Origin: Sphingorhabdus sp.
Lineage (GTDB): Bacteria > Pseudomonadota > Alphaproteobacteria > Sphingomonadales > Sphingomonadaceae
Length of the DNA stretch: 64,000 bases
Direction of reading: 5' to 3'
Assembly (NCBI GenBank): GCA_040007915.1
Contig: JBDTUD010000008.1
Location: 934 to 64,933, forward strand
In this document: positions 13,060 to 23,419 of the stretch, in pieces
Numbering within the stretch: position 1 is the stretch's first letter
Layout: each line of letters starts with the position of its first letter
The notes under the pieces: generated by a model
The model's input: the letters and a program-made list of their open reading frames with translations, nothing else
What the model was told of the DNA's origin: nothing
Databases searched by the model: none
Position numbers and translations under genes: made by a program

Positions 13060-13356
13060 TTATTGCGGGAACAATAGCGCCTCATAATCCATGGTGCCGT
13101 TCAGGATGTGGAGGACGGTTACGGCGTCGGGTTCGACGCAATAGAATATCAGGTAATTGCCATGCACCCGCCGTCGTACGCCACTCGCTTCATAGCGCGG
13201 GACGAGCGGAAAGCGCGCCGGAAAGTCGGCAAGGCCGAGGCATTTTTCGCGCATCTCGCGTATAAAAAGCGCGACAGCGTCCGGACTGTCCGCCGATATG
13301 TAATCACCAATCGCCTCAAGATCGCGCTCTGCCTCCGCCGTCAGGCGAACAATCAT
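13060..13356 (-). CDS. parE: type II toxin-antitoxin system RelE/ParE family toxin
   Basis: 98 aa. AERDLEAIGDYI...NYLIFY...VTVLHILNG is a typical ParE layout. It overlaps the upstream antitoxin gene by 4 nt. Confidence 0.85.
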   Translation of the reverse strand: MIVRLTAEAERDLEAIGDYISADSPDAVALFIREMREKCLGLADFPARFPLVPRYEASGVRRRVHGNYLIFYCVEPDAVTVLHILNGTMDYEALLFPQ

Positions 13357-13610
13357 TCCGCAGTGCCGGATTTCGCGTGATATTTGTTTTCAAGCCGGTC
13401 GAATACTTCCCCCGCATCGGCGGTTCGCCCTGCATCGGCATCGGCCAATCCCCGCGCAATCGAAGCGTCGAGCGCAGCAAGCCGCGCCTCGCGATCCTGA
13501 ATGAGGCGGACGCCTTCACGCAGGACTTCGCTTTTGGAGTTATAACGGCCAGTGGTTACAAGCGCAGCGATGTAGCTTTCGAGTTTTTTGCCGAGGTCTG
13601 CGCTTATCAT
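13353..13610 (-). CDS. parD: type II toxin-antitoxin system ParD family antitoxin
   Basis: GRYNSKSEVLREGVRLIQDRE is an RHH/ParD-type motif. ATG 13610 follows AAGGAG. Confidence 0.85.
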   Translation of the reverse strand: MISADLGKKLESYIAALVTTGRYNSKSEVLREGVRLIQDREARLAALDASIARGLADADAGRTADAGEVFDRLENKYHAKSGTAE

Positions 13611-13695
13611 GCGATTTCTCCTTCTACGGAGTATCATAGCGATTTATCAACTATTATCAAGCCACTTCCGGTCGGCTCAGCGCCCGAGAATAGTA

Positions 13696-13917
13696 TTACA
13701 AAAGCCCGATCTGCTTGTCCGCGTCGCCCGCCGCCGCTGCGCTCTTGACCGCGTCGGAGCGTGCCATCGGCAGGTTCAGCCGGTCACCGCCCAGGATTTC
13801 GGCCACCGTGACGACCTGCAGCCAATCATCCTCGCGGTTGAGCAGCGGGTTCTTGTATTTCCCCGCCGCCATCGCCGCAAACACCCGGTCTCGCAAATCA
13901 TTCGAATAAGGCCTCAT
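13696..13917 (-). CDS. small hypothetical protein (73 aa)
   Basis: Track ORF 13696..13980. ATG 13917 follows GGAGG. I do not recognise the family. Confidence 0.4.
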   Translation of the reverse strand: MRPYSNDLRDRVFAAMAAGKYKNPLLNREDDWLQVVTVAEILGGDRLNLPMARSDAVKSAAAAGDADKQIGLL

Positions 13918-14226
13918 CCATACTGGCCTCCAATCCCAGCTAGGCACTTGAACCAGAAAATCAGCCCGTTGGGAATCCACCGCGATTCAATCTGGTCGAT
14001 TTCGACTCTAGGTGCCACTTGTGTAACCCTGGGCGCGGCGTTCTGTTGGATTGAAAAACGCGAAACCACTGTGAACTTGCATGAATTTACGCCGGTTTCA
14101 GCCCCCGCGCCTAACCCAAAAACTCCCGCCAATTCGTCCCTAATCACAGCGCAGTTGAACATATGGCAAACTTTGCTATGGCACCGCTCAAACATCCAAT
14201 CTTCCCAATAGAAAGCGGTTCCGAAC

Positions 14227-15447
14227 ATGGCAAAAATCAAGGTGAAAAACCCCGTCGTCGAACTTGATGGCGACGAAATGACCCGCATTATATGGGAATG
14301 GATCCGCGAGCGTTTGATCTTGCCGTATCTTGATATTGACCTGAAATATTATGACCTTGGCGTCGAAGCACGCGATGCCACCGATGACAAAATCACCGTA
14401 GATTCGGCCAATGCGATCCGCGAATATGGCGTTGGCGTCAAATGTGCAACGATCACGCCCGATGAAGCACGCGTCGAAGAATTTGACCTCAAGAAAATGT
14501 GGAAATCGCCGAACGGCACCATCCGCAACATTTTGGGCGGTGTGGTTTTCCGCGAACCGATCGTCATCCAGAACGTACCTCGCCTGATCCCCGGCTGGAC
14601 CGACCCTATCGTTATCGGTCGCCATGCCTTTGGGGACCAATATCGCGCCACCGATTATCTCGTCCCCGGTCCAGGAACGCTGCGCCTTGTTTGGGATGGC
14701 GACGATGGCCGCACGATTGATGAAGAAGTCTTCCGCTTCCCTTCCTCTGGTGTCGCGATGGCGATGTATAATCTCGATGATTCGATCCGCGATTTCGCCC
14801 GAGCTTCGTTGAATTACGGCGTTACCCGCGAATGGCCGGTCTATTTGTCGACCAAGAACACGATCCTGAAATATTATGACGGCCGTTTCAAAGACCTCTT
14901 TCAGGAAATATATGAGAGTGAATTCGAAGCAAAGTTCAAGGAACTTGGTATCATTTACGAGCATCGTTTGATCGACGACATGGTCGCATCCGCGCTCAAA
15001 TGGTCGGGCAAGTTTATCTGGGCCTGCAAAAACTACGACGGCGATGTCCAGTCGGACCAGGTCGCACAAGGGTTCGGTTCATTGGGCCTGATGACCTCGA
15101 TCCTGATGACTCCCGATGGCAAAACCGTCGAAGCCGAAGCGGCACATGGCACCGTGACGCGCCATTTCCGTCAGCATCAGGAAGGCAAGGCGACATCGAC
15201 CAACCCGATTGCGTCGATCTTCGCATGGACCGGCGGTCTGAAATTTCGTGGTAAATTCGACGAAACCCCGGACGTTACCCGCTTTGCCGAAACGCTTGAG
15301 CAGGTGTGCATCGAAACCGTGGAGGCAGGTCATATGACCAAGGATCTGGCGATCTTGATCGGCCCCGATCAGGGATGGGAAACCACCGAGCAATTCTTTG
15401 AAACGGTGCGCGCCAATCTCGAAACCAAGATGGGCAGCTGGCAGTAA
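14227..15447 (+). CDS. icd: NADP-dependent isocitrate dehydrogenase (homodimeric, eukaryote-like subfamily)
   Basis: [23 protein letters not shown]... and the whole length are characteristic of this IDH subfamily. Confidence 0.95.
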   Translation: MAKIKVKNPVVELDGDEMTRIIWEWIRERLILPYLDIDLKYYDLGVEARDATDDKITVDSANAIREYGVGVKCATITPDEARVEEFDLKKMWKSPNGTIRNILGGVVFREPIVIQNVPRLIPGWTDPIVIGRHAFGDQYRATDYLVPGPGTLRLVWDGDDGRTIDEEVFRFPSSGVAMAMYNLDDSIRDFARASLNYGVTREWPVYLSTKNTILKYYDGRFKDLFQEIYESEFEAKFKELGIIYEHRLIDDMVASALKWSGKFIWACKNYDGDVQSDQVAQGFGSLGLMTSILMTPDGKTVEAEAAHGTVTRHFRQHQEGKATSTNPIASIFAWTGGLKFRGKFDETPDVTRFAETLEQVCIETVEAGHMTKDLAILIGPDQGWETTEQFFETVRANLETKMGSWQ

Positions 15448-15454
15448 TTGAGGG

Positions 15455-16657
15455 TCAGGTTATGGGCGAGCGAACATGCTCGCGCCTGATACCAAGCCCG
15501 ATTATCCGCCCCGGAATCCGTCGAAGTAACGGAAACCGGTTTAGCATGCGCACCGCCCATGGCGGGCGCAACATAGGGACGCTTGTTCGCAATATCGAAC
15601 CCACGACCCGGTCCTGCACGAGCTGCTGGCCTTTCTGGATAACCCGGGTAGGCCAGCCGCGACGTGCTTCGACCTTGTGCAGCAGTTGATCAACGTCGCG
15701 CTTTTCTCGCATCGGCTGCGCAAGGATATTGGCCGCAGCAACCGCATCCTGTATAGCAAGGTTAATGCCGATTCCGCCAACCGGCGACATCGCATGCGCG
15801 GCGTCTCCGATCGCCAGCAAGCCGGGCCGGTGCCAACGGTCGAGGCGATCGAGCGCAACGGTGAGCAAGTGCATCTGGCCGATATCGGTTAGCACTTCCG
15901 AAAGTGGCCCCAGTTCGGGTGCCGCATTTTCAATTCTTGTCCGGATCGCGGCGATCCCTTCGCTTTTCAGCTTTTCGGCCATTCCCTTGGGAAAAACATA
16001 GGCACATTGCCAATAAGTTCGCCGGTCGATCATCGCGATCAATGTGCCGGGCGCCACAATCCCGCGTAGCGCCTCGCCGCCGTCATCGACTTTGGGGACG
16101 CTGAACCAGAACACATCCATCGGCGCGCCCAACGCGGTTACCGGCAACATATCGGTGCGGCGTACGATTGACGATCGGCCATCGGCAGCGATGACCAACT
16201 TGCGCGCAATGACCTGAGCGCCGCCCGACAAGCCTGCCCCGATAATCCTGCCGCCTTGCTCGACAAGTCGGTCGACTCCTGCATTCATTTCTAATCGGAA
16301 GGCCGGAAACACTTTGGCCTCGTCGCAGAGGAAATCGAGAAAATCCCATTGCGGCATCATCGCAATGAAGGGAGCTGGTGTGTTCAAAAAACGCAGGTCG
16401 GCAATTGCCATTTCCTCGCCCGCAATGCGGCCCCGCGCTTCATAAAGCCGATTGTGTGGTCTTTGCAAAAACCGGTCCAGCATCCCTAGTTCGTGCAAAA
16501 TCTCCATAGTCGAGGGATGGACCGTATCGCCTCTGAAATCGCGCAAAAAATCCGCATGCTTTTCCAGCACCAACGTATCGATTCCTGCGCGCGCGAACAG
16601 CAATCCGGCCATAATGCCGGCCGGGCCACCGCCAATGATGACAATATCTGCCTCCAT
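15455..16657 (-). CDS. FAD-dependent monooxygenase/oxidoreductase (UbiH/PheA-like)
   Basis: DIVIIGGGPAG dinucleotide-binding motif and the GDAAH motif. The start is taken at MEADIVII. Confidence 0.8.
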   Translation of the reverse strand: MEADIVIIGGGPAGIMAGLLFARAGIDTLVLEKHADFLRDFRGDTVHPSTMEILHELGMLDRFLQRPHNRLYEARGRIAGEEMAIADLRFLNTPAPFIAMMPQWDFLDFLCDEAKVFPAFRLEMNAGVDRLVEQGGRIIGAGLSGGAQVIARKLVIAADGRSSIVRRTDMLPVTALGAPMDVFWFSVPKVDDGGEALRGIVAPGTLIAMIDRRTYWQCAYVFPKGMAEKLKSEGIAAIRTRIENAAPELGPLSEVLTDIGQMHLLTVALDRLDRWHRPGLLAIGDAAHAMSPVGGIGINLAIQDAVAAANILAQPMREKRDVDQLLHKVEARRGWPTRVIQKGQQLVQDRVVGSILRTSVPMLRPPWAVRMLNRFPLLRRIPGRIIGLGIRREHVRSPIT

Positions 16658-16695
16658 GGCATGACAATGGCATAAGTGTCGGTTAAGCACCAGTT

Positions 16696-18456
16696 ATGGC
16701 AACAGGAATACATAGCGAAGGTATTAGCGATATTGTCGTGATCTTGGGCGCGGCTGGCATTGTCATTCCTGCCTTCGCACGCTTTCGCATCACGCCGATC
16801 ATTGGCTTCATTCTGGTCGGGATATTGGTTGGGCCCATGGGGCTTGGGGCGCTGGTCGGTCAATATCCCTGGCTCGAATGGCTCACGATAACCGACGCTG
16901 AGGGGATACGTCCGGTAGGCGAATATGGCATCATATTGCTCTTGTTTTCCATCGGGTTAGAATTGAGTTTTCGCCGTCTGTGGACGATGCGCAGGCTGGT
17001 ATTCGGTGTGGGGGTAGCGCAGTTATTTGGCGCCGGCCTGCTGATTGCCAGTGGGCTGTTGATGTTCGGCTATGGCTGGGTAGCAGCGCTGGGTATCGGC
17101 ATCGCGCTGGCTCTATCCTCGACCGCGCTTGTTCTGCCCATTTCGGGTACACAGTCTCCCGTGGGCAAATCAGCACTGGCGATGCTCCTGCTTGAGGATT
17201 TGGCGATTGTTCCGATCATCTTCATTCTGGGGGCGCTGGCACCGCAGGCCGAAGCAGATTCGCTCGACGGTATGGTGAAGGCATTATGGCAGGGCGGGCT
17301 GATAGTCGTGGCGATGCTGGTCATCGGCCGCTTCTTGCTGCCCCGTTTGTTCGGTCAGGCAGCGCGGACCAAGAGTCCCGAATTATTTGTTTCGGTTAGT
17401 CTGCTGGTGGTCATCGTCGCCAGTCTCGCCACCGGTGCCGTTGGCCTGTCGCCAATTGTCGGCGCGTTGATAGCCGGACTGTTGATTGCCGAAACCGATT
17501 ACCACACGGAAGTCGAAGTGATGACCGCGCCGTTCAAAGGATTGGCGCTCGGGGTGTTCCTCATCACCATCGGCATGCAAATCGATCTGGGTTTTGTCGC
17601 AGCCAACTGGCCGTCTTTGGTCGCGGCAGTAACCGCCGTCGGCTTCATAAAGGCAGTCGTGACGGCGGCATTGCTTAAGTTAAATGGAGCGCGCACTGGC
17701 ACTGCGACCGAAACAGGCGTGCTAATGGCCAGCCCGTCCGAAACCACGCTCATAGTCTTGGGAGCTGCGGGAGCAGCGCACATCATCGATGCTGCAACAA
17801 TTAATTTTTGGCAGGTTGCCACGGCGATCGGCTTAACCGTCACACCTATACTGGCGCGGATTGGCCATGACATGTCGCGGCGTATCGAACTGCGCGAAAG
17901 TGACGATGAAGTCCACGAACAGATCACTGCCGCCGACCCCCGAACCGTTGTAATCGGCTTCGGCCGCGTTGGCCGATTGGTCGCGGATATGCTGATCAAA
18001 CATCAGCAACCTTATATCGCGGTTGAATCGAATGTTGACGCAGTCGCAGATGGCCGCCGCTCAGGGTATAAAGTGATCTTCGGGGATATCTCGCGACCTG
18101 AAACGCTCGACAAGCTAAGTTTGGGCCATGCCCGGGCATTAATTCTCACAATGGATCAGCCAGTGTTAGCAGAGCATATCGTCAAGCGTGTCAGGAATTG
18201 GTTGCCCGACATCACCATCGTCGCCCGCGCACGTGACGCCGACCATGCGGCACGGCTTTATCGGGTGGGGGTAAGCAATGCTGTTCCGGAAACGCTGGAA
18301 AGCTCATTGCAGCTATCTGAAGCTGTGCTTGTCGATTTAGGCGTCGCGGCTGGGCCGGTGATTGCATCGATCCACGAAAAACGCGATGAATTCCGCCGTC
18401 AGATCAAGGAAGCCGGCGGGCTGGACGAAGCGCCGAAGTTGAAATTGACGACCTAA
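16696..18456 (+). CDS. CPA2 family cation:proton antiporter with a C-terminal RCK/TrkA-N domain (KefB/KefC-like)
   Basis: About 12 TM helices, then [13 protein letters not shown] Rossmann-type RCK motif. Confidence 0.85.
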   Translation: MATGIHSEGISDIVVILGAAGIVIPAFARFRITPIIGFILVGILVGPMGLGALVGQYPWLEWLTITDAEGIRPVGEYGIILLLFSIGLELSFRRLWTMRRLVFGVGVAQLFGAGLLIASGLLMFGYGWVAALGIGIALALSSTALVLPISGTQSPVGKSALAMLLLEDLAIVPIIFILGALAPQAEADSLDGMVKALWQGGLIVVAMLVIGRFLLPRLFGQAARTKSPELFVSVSLLVVIVASLATGAVGLSPIVGALIAGLLIAETDYHTEVEVMTAPFKGLALGVFLITIGMQIDLGFVAANWPSLVAAVTAVGFIKAVVTAALLKLNGARTGTATETGVLMASPSETTLIVLGAAGAAHIIDAATINFWQVATAIGLTVTPILARIGHDMSRRIELRESDDEVHEQITAADPRTVVIGFGRVGRLVADMLIKHQQPYIAVESNVDAVADGRRSGYKVIFGDISRPETLDKLSLGHARALILTMDQPVLAEHIVKRVRNWLPDITIVARARDADHAARLYRVGVSNAVPETLESSLQLSEAVLVDLGVAAGPVIASIHEKRDEFRRQIKEAGGLDEAPKLKLTT

Positions 18457-21107
18457 GTAGCCAACGCAGATCGCACGGCGTCAAGCGCAGCTTGCGCCTG
18501 CTCTGCTCCTGCGGGTCCGCCGCCTTGCGCCATTTCGGGACGCCCGCCGCCGCCCTGCCCGCCCATCGCAGCGGTTGCCGCGCGAACCAGATCGGGGGCG
18601 TTGACCTGGCTTAACAAGTCGGCCGATACGCTGACGACGACAGTATTGCTGCTGTCATTGGCGGCAATGATCGCGACCACACCGCTGTCGAATACTTTCA
18701 TCTGTTCATCGGCTAGGCCGCGCAGCATCTTTGGTTCGATACCCGCGATCACTTGCCCGACAAAGGCAGTGGAGCCGACCATTTCGACCTCGGCTTTGGC
18801 TACGCCGCCCGAACCGCCCGCCATTACCAATGCCGTTTTGGCATCGGAAAGTTCCTTTTCGAGCCGTTTGCGCTCGGCAAGCAATGCCTCAACGCGTGCG
18901 GGAACATCGTCAATGCCGGTTTTAAGCAGCGCCGCCACATCCTTCAACTGGCCGTCGCGGCCTGCCAGCCACAGACGCGCCGCTTCACCGGTCAACGCCT
19001 CAATCCGGCGGATACCGCTAGCGACTGCTCCTTCAGAAATGATGGTGAACAAGGCGATGTCGCCCAGAGCCTTAACGTGTGTGCCACCGCATAGCTCGAC
19101 CGAATAAGTTGCACTGTTAGCCTTGCCCATCGACAAGACGCGTACTTCGTCACCATATTTTTCACCGAACAAGGCAAGCGCACCTGCGGCGACTGCGTCA
19201 TCTGGCGTCATCAGGCGGGTGTTTACCGACTGGTTTCCGCGAATTTGTGCGTTTACTTCCGCCTCAATCGCGGCAATTTCCTCGGCACTAACCGACTTGT
19301 TGTGCGAAAAGTCGAAACGCAACCGGTCGGTTGCTACCATGCTACCCTTTTGGCTGACATGCCCGCCCAATTGATTACGCAACGCCGCGTGCAGCAAATG
19401 CGTCGCGCTATGATTGGCGCGCACCGCATCGCGGCGGGCTATATTGATCTTGAGGACAACGACATCGCCCACCTTGATCTCTCCACCCTCCAGAGTCGCC
19501 TGATGAGCGTGCAAACGGCCGAGCGGCTTGGCTGTGTCCGTGATAATACCGCGTAAGTGTGAACCGCTGATCGTGCCAGCGTCGCCCATTTGGCCACCGC
19601 TTTCGCCATAAAAAGGCGTTTGGTTGGTGATCACGGTAACCGTCTCGCCAGCCTTGGCAGAACGCACTTCGGCCCCGTCCTTGACGAGCGCCACAACCTG
19701 CCCTTCGCCTTCGGTCGCGGTGTAGCCGGTGAATTCGGTCGAACCGACGCGTTCGGCAATGTCGAACCAGACGTCATCCGAGGCCTTCGCGCCCGAACCT
19801 TTCCAGGCGGCACGTGCCATCGCTTTCTGGTTGTCCATGGCCACATCAAAACCGGCGCGGTCGATGCCATAACCTTGGGCGCGCAAGGCATCCTCGGTCA
19901 GGTCATAAGGAAAGCCATAAGTGTCATAAAGCTTGAACGCCGTTTCACCTGCCAATGTGGCTCCAGGGGCCATATCTGCGGTCGCCTCGTCGAGCAGCTT
20001 AAGCCCTTTGTCGAGTGTGCGGCGGAACTGGGTTTCTTCCTGTTTGAGCGTCTCTTCGATCAGCGGCTGTGCGCGCAGCAATTCGGGGTAGGCCGCCCCC
20101 ATCTCGGCGGTCAGACTGCCCACCAGACGGTGCATCAGAGGGTCTTTTGCTCCCAATATATGCGCATGCCGCATCGCGCGACGCATGATCCGACGCAGCA
20201 CATAGCCGCGGCCTTCGTTTGACGGAAGCACGCCGTCGGCGATGAGGAAGCTGGTTGAACGCAGATGGTCGGCGATGACTCGGTGGCTTGCTTTCTGCTC
20301 GCCCTCCGCCTTGGTGTGGGTCAGCTCCTCCGAAGCTTCGATCAACGCGCGAAAGGTGTCGGTATCGTAATTGTCGTGGACGCCTTGCAACACGGCGGCG
20401 ATCCGCTCCAGCCCCATGCCGGTGTCGATTGACGGCTTCGGCAGGTTCGTCTGGCTGCCATCTTCGTGCCGTTCGAACTGCATGAACACGAGGTTCCAGA
20501 TTTCAACAAACCGGTCGCCGTCTTCATCGGGGCTTCCGGGGGGGCCGCCGAAAATATGGTCGCCGTGATCGTAGAATATTTCGCTGCACGGGCCGCAGGG
20601 ACCGGTATCGCCCATCGACCAGAAATTGTCGTTGGTGGCGATACGGATGATGCGTTCTTCGGGCTGACCAATCTTGCGCCAGAGATCGAATGCTTCATCA
20701 TCGGTGTGATAGACGGTGACGGTCAACCGACTCGGATCGAGACCCCATGTTTTGGTCAGCAGCGTCCAGGCATGGGTGATGGCGTCTTCTTTGAAATAAT
20801 CGCCGAACGAGAAATTGCCGAGCATTTCAAAGAACGTGTGGTGTCGCGCGGTATAGCCGACATTGTCGAGATCGTTATGTTTGCCGCCGGCACGCACGCA
20901 TTTTTGGCTGGAAGCCGCACGCGGAATTGCTCGGCTTTCCAAGCCGGTGAAGATATTCTTGAACGGTACCATGCCAGCGTTGACGAACATCAACGTCGGG
21001 TCGTTGTACGGCACGAGCGGCGCCGAAGGCACCACATCATGTCCAGCACCTCCAAAATGGTCAAGGAACGCGCGGCGAATATCGTTAGTCGAAGTCATAG
21101 CGTTCAA
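18453..21107 (-). CDS. alaS: alanine--tRNA ligase
   Basis: 884 aa. [13 protein letters not shown]-type class II motifs, the editing-domain HSATHLLH motif and a C-terminal DHHA1-like tail. Confidence 0.97.
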   Translation of the reverse strand: MNAMTSTNDIRRAFLDHFGGAGHDVVPSAPLVPYNDPTLMFVNAGMVPFKNIFTGLESRAIPRAASSQKCVRAGGKHNDLDNVGYTARHHTFFEMLGNFSFGDYFKEDAITHAWTLLTKTWGLDPSRLTVTVYHTDDEAFDLWRKIGQPEERIIRIATNDNFWSMGDTGPCGPCSEIFYDHGDHIFGGPPGSPDEDGDRFVEIWNLVFMQFERHEDGSQTNLPKPSIDTGMGLERIAAVLQGVHDNYDTDTFRALIEASEELTHTKAEGEQKASHRVIADHLRSTSFLIADGVLPSNEGRGYVLRRIMRRAMRHAHILGAKDPLMHRLVGSLTAEMGAAYPELLRAQPLIEETLKQEETQFRRTLDKGLKLLDEATADMAPGATLAGETAFKLYDTYGFPYDLTEDALRAQGYGIDRAGFDVAMDNQKAMARAAWKGSGAKASDDVWFDIAERVGSTEFTGYTATEGEGQVVALVKDGAEVRSAKAGETVTVITNQTPFYGESGGQMGDAGTISGSHLRGIITDTAKPLGRLHAHQATLEGGEIKVGDVVVLKINIARRDAVRANHSATHLLHAALRNQLGGHVSQKGSMVATDRLRFDFSHNKSVSAEEIAAIEAEVNAQIRGNQSVNTRLMTPDDAVAAGALALFGEKYGDEVRVLSMGKANSATYSVELCGGTHVKALGDIALFTIISEGAVASGIRRIEALTGEAARLWLAGRDGQLKDVAALLKTGIDDVPARVEALLAERKRLEKELSDAKTALVMAGGSGGVAKAEVEMVGSTAFVGQVIAGIEPKMLRGLADEQMKVFDSGVVAIIAANDSSNTVVVSVSADLLSQVNAPDLVRAATAAMGGQGGGGRPEMAQGGGPAGAEQAQAALDAVRSALAT

Positions 21108-21163
21108 GCGCTTAAGCGACGGCTAAGCCCGATACAAGCGGCTTCATACGATTAACCTTATCA

Positions 21164-21790
21164 TCAGGCATAAGCATATGGTCCGCCCTTGGCGAGCGCA
21201 GCCTGATAGGCGGGGCGCGCATGGAATGCGGCTACATGGGCAGCAAGCTTTGGTTTGTCGTGGGCATAGCCCATTTTGACGGCGACTTCGGCAGGGAAGC
21301 TCAGCATGATGTCGGCACCGGTGAGGCCGTCACCGACAAAATAACCAGAAGGCCGCAACCGGTCTTCCATAAACTGGAAATGGCTCTGCAACTGCTGATC
21401 GATACGCGGACGCAAGGGTGCCGCAGCGCCACCAAGGCGCGCGGTATAGAGATTGAGCAGAATCGGTAACATTGCCGACCCCTCGGCAAAGTGCAGATAT
21501 TCAAGGTAGCGGATATGGTCGTCGGTGCCGCGCACCGGAACCAGATGTGCGCCGCCATGACGTTCGCAGATATATTCCACGATGGCACCCGATTCATATA
21601 CCATCTTGCGTTCATCTTCGATCACCGGCGATTTGCCGAGTGGGTGAATGGCAAGCAGTTCAGGCGGTGCAAAGTTGCTCACCGCATCACGTTGATGGTG
21701 GACAATCTCATATGGCACACCGACCTCTTCCAAAAGCCACAAGATACGTTGTGAGCGCGAGTTATTGAGATGGTGAACCTTGAGTGTCAT
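21164..21790 (-). CDS. glutathione S-transferase family protein
   Basis: The N-terminal thioredoxin-like GST fold includes the GKSPVIED motif, followed by a C-terminal alpha-helical domain. Confidence 0.85.
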   Translation of the reverse strand: MTLKVHHLNNSRSQRILWLLEEVGVPYEIVHHQRDAVSNFAPPELLAIHPLGKSPVIEDERKMVYESGAIVEYICERHGGAHLVPVRGTDDHIRYLEYLHFAEGSAMLPILLNLYTARLGGAAAPLRPRIDQQLQSHFQFMEDRLRPSGYFVGDGLTGADIMLSFPAEVAVKMGYAHDKPKLAAHVAAFHARPAYQAALAKGGPYAYA

Positions 21791-21919
21791 TGTTTCCGCT
21801 CCCGTTCATTATGCCGCAGATTGGACGGCTAACTTCTGCAAGTCAACGAGTGCTCAAAACCGCCAGAATTCTGCGCAAGTTTATAGTATTTTGCATTTCA
21901 AAGTCCTACAAATTTAGCG

Positions 21920-21992
21920 TTAGAGTATCCGTGATGGTCAAGCGATAGTTTCCACCCAGGTTCGGTTGGCTTCTATCAAATCCGGACTCTAA
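21920..21992. mobile_element. 73-bp miniature remnant of the IS scar found at 39333..39813
   Basis: 21920-21972 is identical over 53 bp to 39333-39385. The 12-mer GGACTCTAAAAA (21984-21995) recurs at 39805-39816. The ends TTAGAGT / ACTCTAA are inverted. Confidence 0.75.
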
Positions 21993-22033
21993 AAATGAAA
22001 CGGTCCGCCCCCCGGGTGGGTGGGGACGGACCG
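21993..22033 (-). terminator. rho-independent terminator, probably for recA
   Basis: Minus strand reads CGGTCCGTCCCC-ACCCACCCG-GGGGGCGGACCG, a 12-bp stem including one G.U, followed by TTTCATTT. Confidence 0.75.
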
Positions 22034-22114
22034 GAGTGCGGCGATCTCAGGCAAGATGCCGCAACTATCCTCTAGGGGGAGAGGATTCAAAATAACAAGT
22101 CGAAGAAATTCTAT

Positions 22115-22159
22115 GTCACCCCCGACTTGATCGGAAACCCACTGTCTAACGGTCAGACC
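22115..22159. repeat. degenerate copy of the GTCAYCCCCGACTTGATCGG... repeat
   Basis: Aligns by eye at roughly 80 percent identity over about 45 nt with 52151-52195. Confidence 0.6.
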
Positions 22160-22207
22160 ACGGACTCCCGCGTTGGCGGGCGCGACAATGAATTTTAGAT
22201 TTGGACT

Positions 22208-23287
22208 TCAAACATCATCTTCGGGTTCAGGTGCGGCCAGCATTACCTCGGCCACCTCTTCGGTCTTGCCACGGATTGCTGCTTCCAGCTTGGCTGCCAT
22301 TTCCGGATTTTCCAGCAAGAACTGTTTGGAATTTTCACGCCCCTGTCCGATACGGACCGAGTCATAGCTGAACCAGCTGCCGGATTTTTCGACAATCCCG
22401 GCTTTCACACCCAGATCAAGCAATTCGCCGGTTTTGGAAATACCCTCGCCGTACATGATGTCGAATTCGACCTGCTTGAACGGCGGTGCGACCTTGTTCT
22501 TGACGACTTTAACGCGTGTGGTGTTGCCGACAATATCTTCTCGGTCCTTGATCTGGCCAATCCGACGAATATCAAGACGCACCGATGCGTAAAATTTGAG
22601 CGCATTGCCGCCGGTGGTAGTTTCGGGCGAGCCATACATCACGCCGATTTTCATACGGATCTGGTTGATGAAGATCACCATGCAGTTCGAACGGCTGATC
22701 GAGCCGGTAATCTTGCGCAGCGCCTGAGACATCAACCGCGCTTGCAGGCCAACATGGCTGTCGCCCATCTCGCCTTCGATTTCAGCGCGCGGCACAAGCG
22801 CCGCAACCGAGTCAATCACCAGCACATCGATAGCGTTCGAACGCACCAGCGTATCGCAAATTTCAAGCGCCTGTTCACCGGTGTCGGGCTGCGACACGAT
22901 CAACTCATCGATATTGACACCAAGCTTTTTCGCATAGCCGGGGTCAAGCGCATGTTCGGCGTCGATAAACGCTGCCGTACCGCCCAACTTTTGCGCTTCT
23001 GCAATCGCGTGCAGAGCGAGTGTAGTTTTGCCCGAACTTTCCGGACCGAAAATTTCAATCACGCGGCCTTTGGGCAATCCCCCAATACCCAGCGCAATAT
23101 CAAGACCCAGAGAGCCGGTCGAAACCGCCTCGATATTCATCGCCTCACGGCTGCCCAATTTCATCGCCGAGCCTTTGCCAAAGGCACGGTCGATCTGTGC
23201 CAATGCTGCTTCAAGCGCTTTTTCGCGGTCTGAACTGTTCATCTTTTTTGCCTGATCCCCATCAATCACTTTGAGACTTGCTGCCAT
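22208..23287 (-). CDS. recA: recombinase RecA
   Basis: Walker [10 protein letters not shown] with full-length RecA similarity. ATG 23287 follows AGGAG. Confidence 0.97.
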   Translation of the reverse strand: MAASLKVIDGDQAKKMNSSDREKALEAALAQIDRAFGKGSAMKLGSREAMNIEAVSTGSLGLDIALGIGGLPKGRVIEIFGPESSGKTTLALHAIAEAQKLGGTAAFIDAEHALDPGYAKKLGVNIDELIVSQPDTGEQALEICDTLVRSNAIDVLVIDSVAALVPRAEIEGEMGDSHVGLQARLMSQALRKITGSISRSNCMVIFINQIRMKIGVMYGSPETTTGGNALKFYASVRLDIRRIGQIKDREDIVGNTTRVKVVKNKVAPPFKQVEFDIMYGEGISKTGELLDLGVKAGIVEKSGSWFSYDSVRIGQGRENSKQFLLENPEMAAKLEAAIRGKTEEVAEVMLAAPEPEDDV

Positions 23288-23319
23288 TTTGCCCACTCCT
23301 TAGCGTCATGTCCGTTTAG

Positions 23320-23334
23320 AAACATATCCAGAAC
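23320..23334 (-). promoter_or_regulatory. alphaproteobacterial-type LexA (SOS) box, imperfect
   Basis: Minus strand reads GTTC-TGGATAT-GTTT, 33 nt upstream of the recA ATG. Confidence 0.6.
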
Positions 23335-23364
23335 AAATTCACTATTATCGCGCATATTCACTTA

Positions 23365-23379
23365 GAACAAGAGCGGAAC
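23365..23379 (-). promoter_or_regulatory. alphaproteobacterial-type LexA (SOS) box
   Basis: Minus strand reads GTTC-CGCTCTT-GTTC, a perfect GTTC-N7-GTTC upstream of recA. Confidence 0.75.
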
Positions 23380-23419
23380 AAAAATTATTTTTTGCTGTTT
23401 TTCATATAGATAGTTAAAT

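Noticed and set aside
12337-13917. Possible prophage or integrative element.
   Set aside because: No integrase, capsid, portal, large terminase or att-like direct repeats are visible. Only a terminase-small-subunit-like HTH protein and a TA pair are present, so I report it as a small islet or remnant.
13914-14288. 124-aa minus-strand ORF spanning the icd promoter and start.
   Set aside because: It overlaps the start of the certain icd gene and the upstream non-coding region, and it has no motif or SD support.
16761-16790. GTCATTCCTGCCTTCGCACG inside the Kef-like gene, which resembles a REP arm and suggested another in-frame repeat insertion.
   Set aside because: There is no inverted partner. 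The encoded VIPAFARF fits the first TM helix of the antiporter without an apparent insertion, so the resemblance is probably coincidental.
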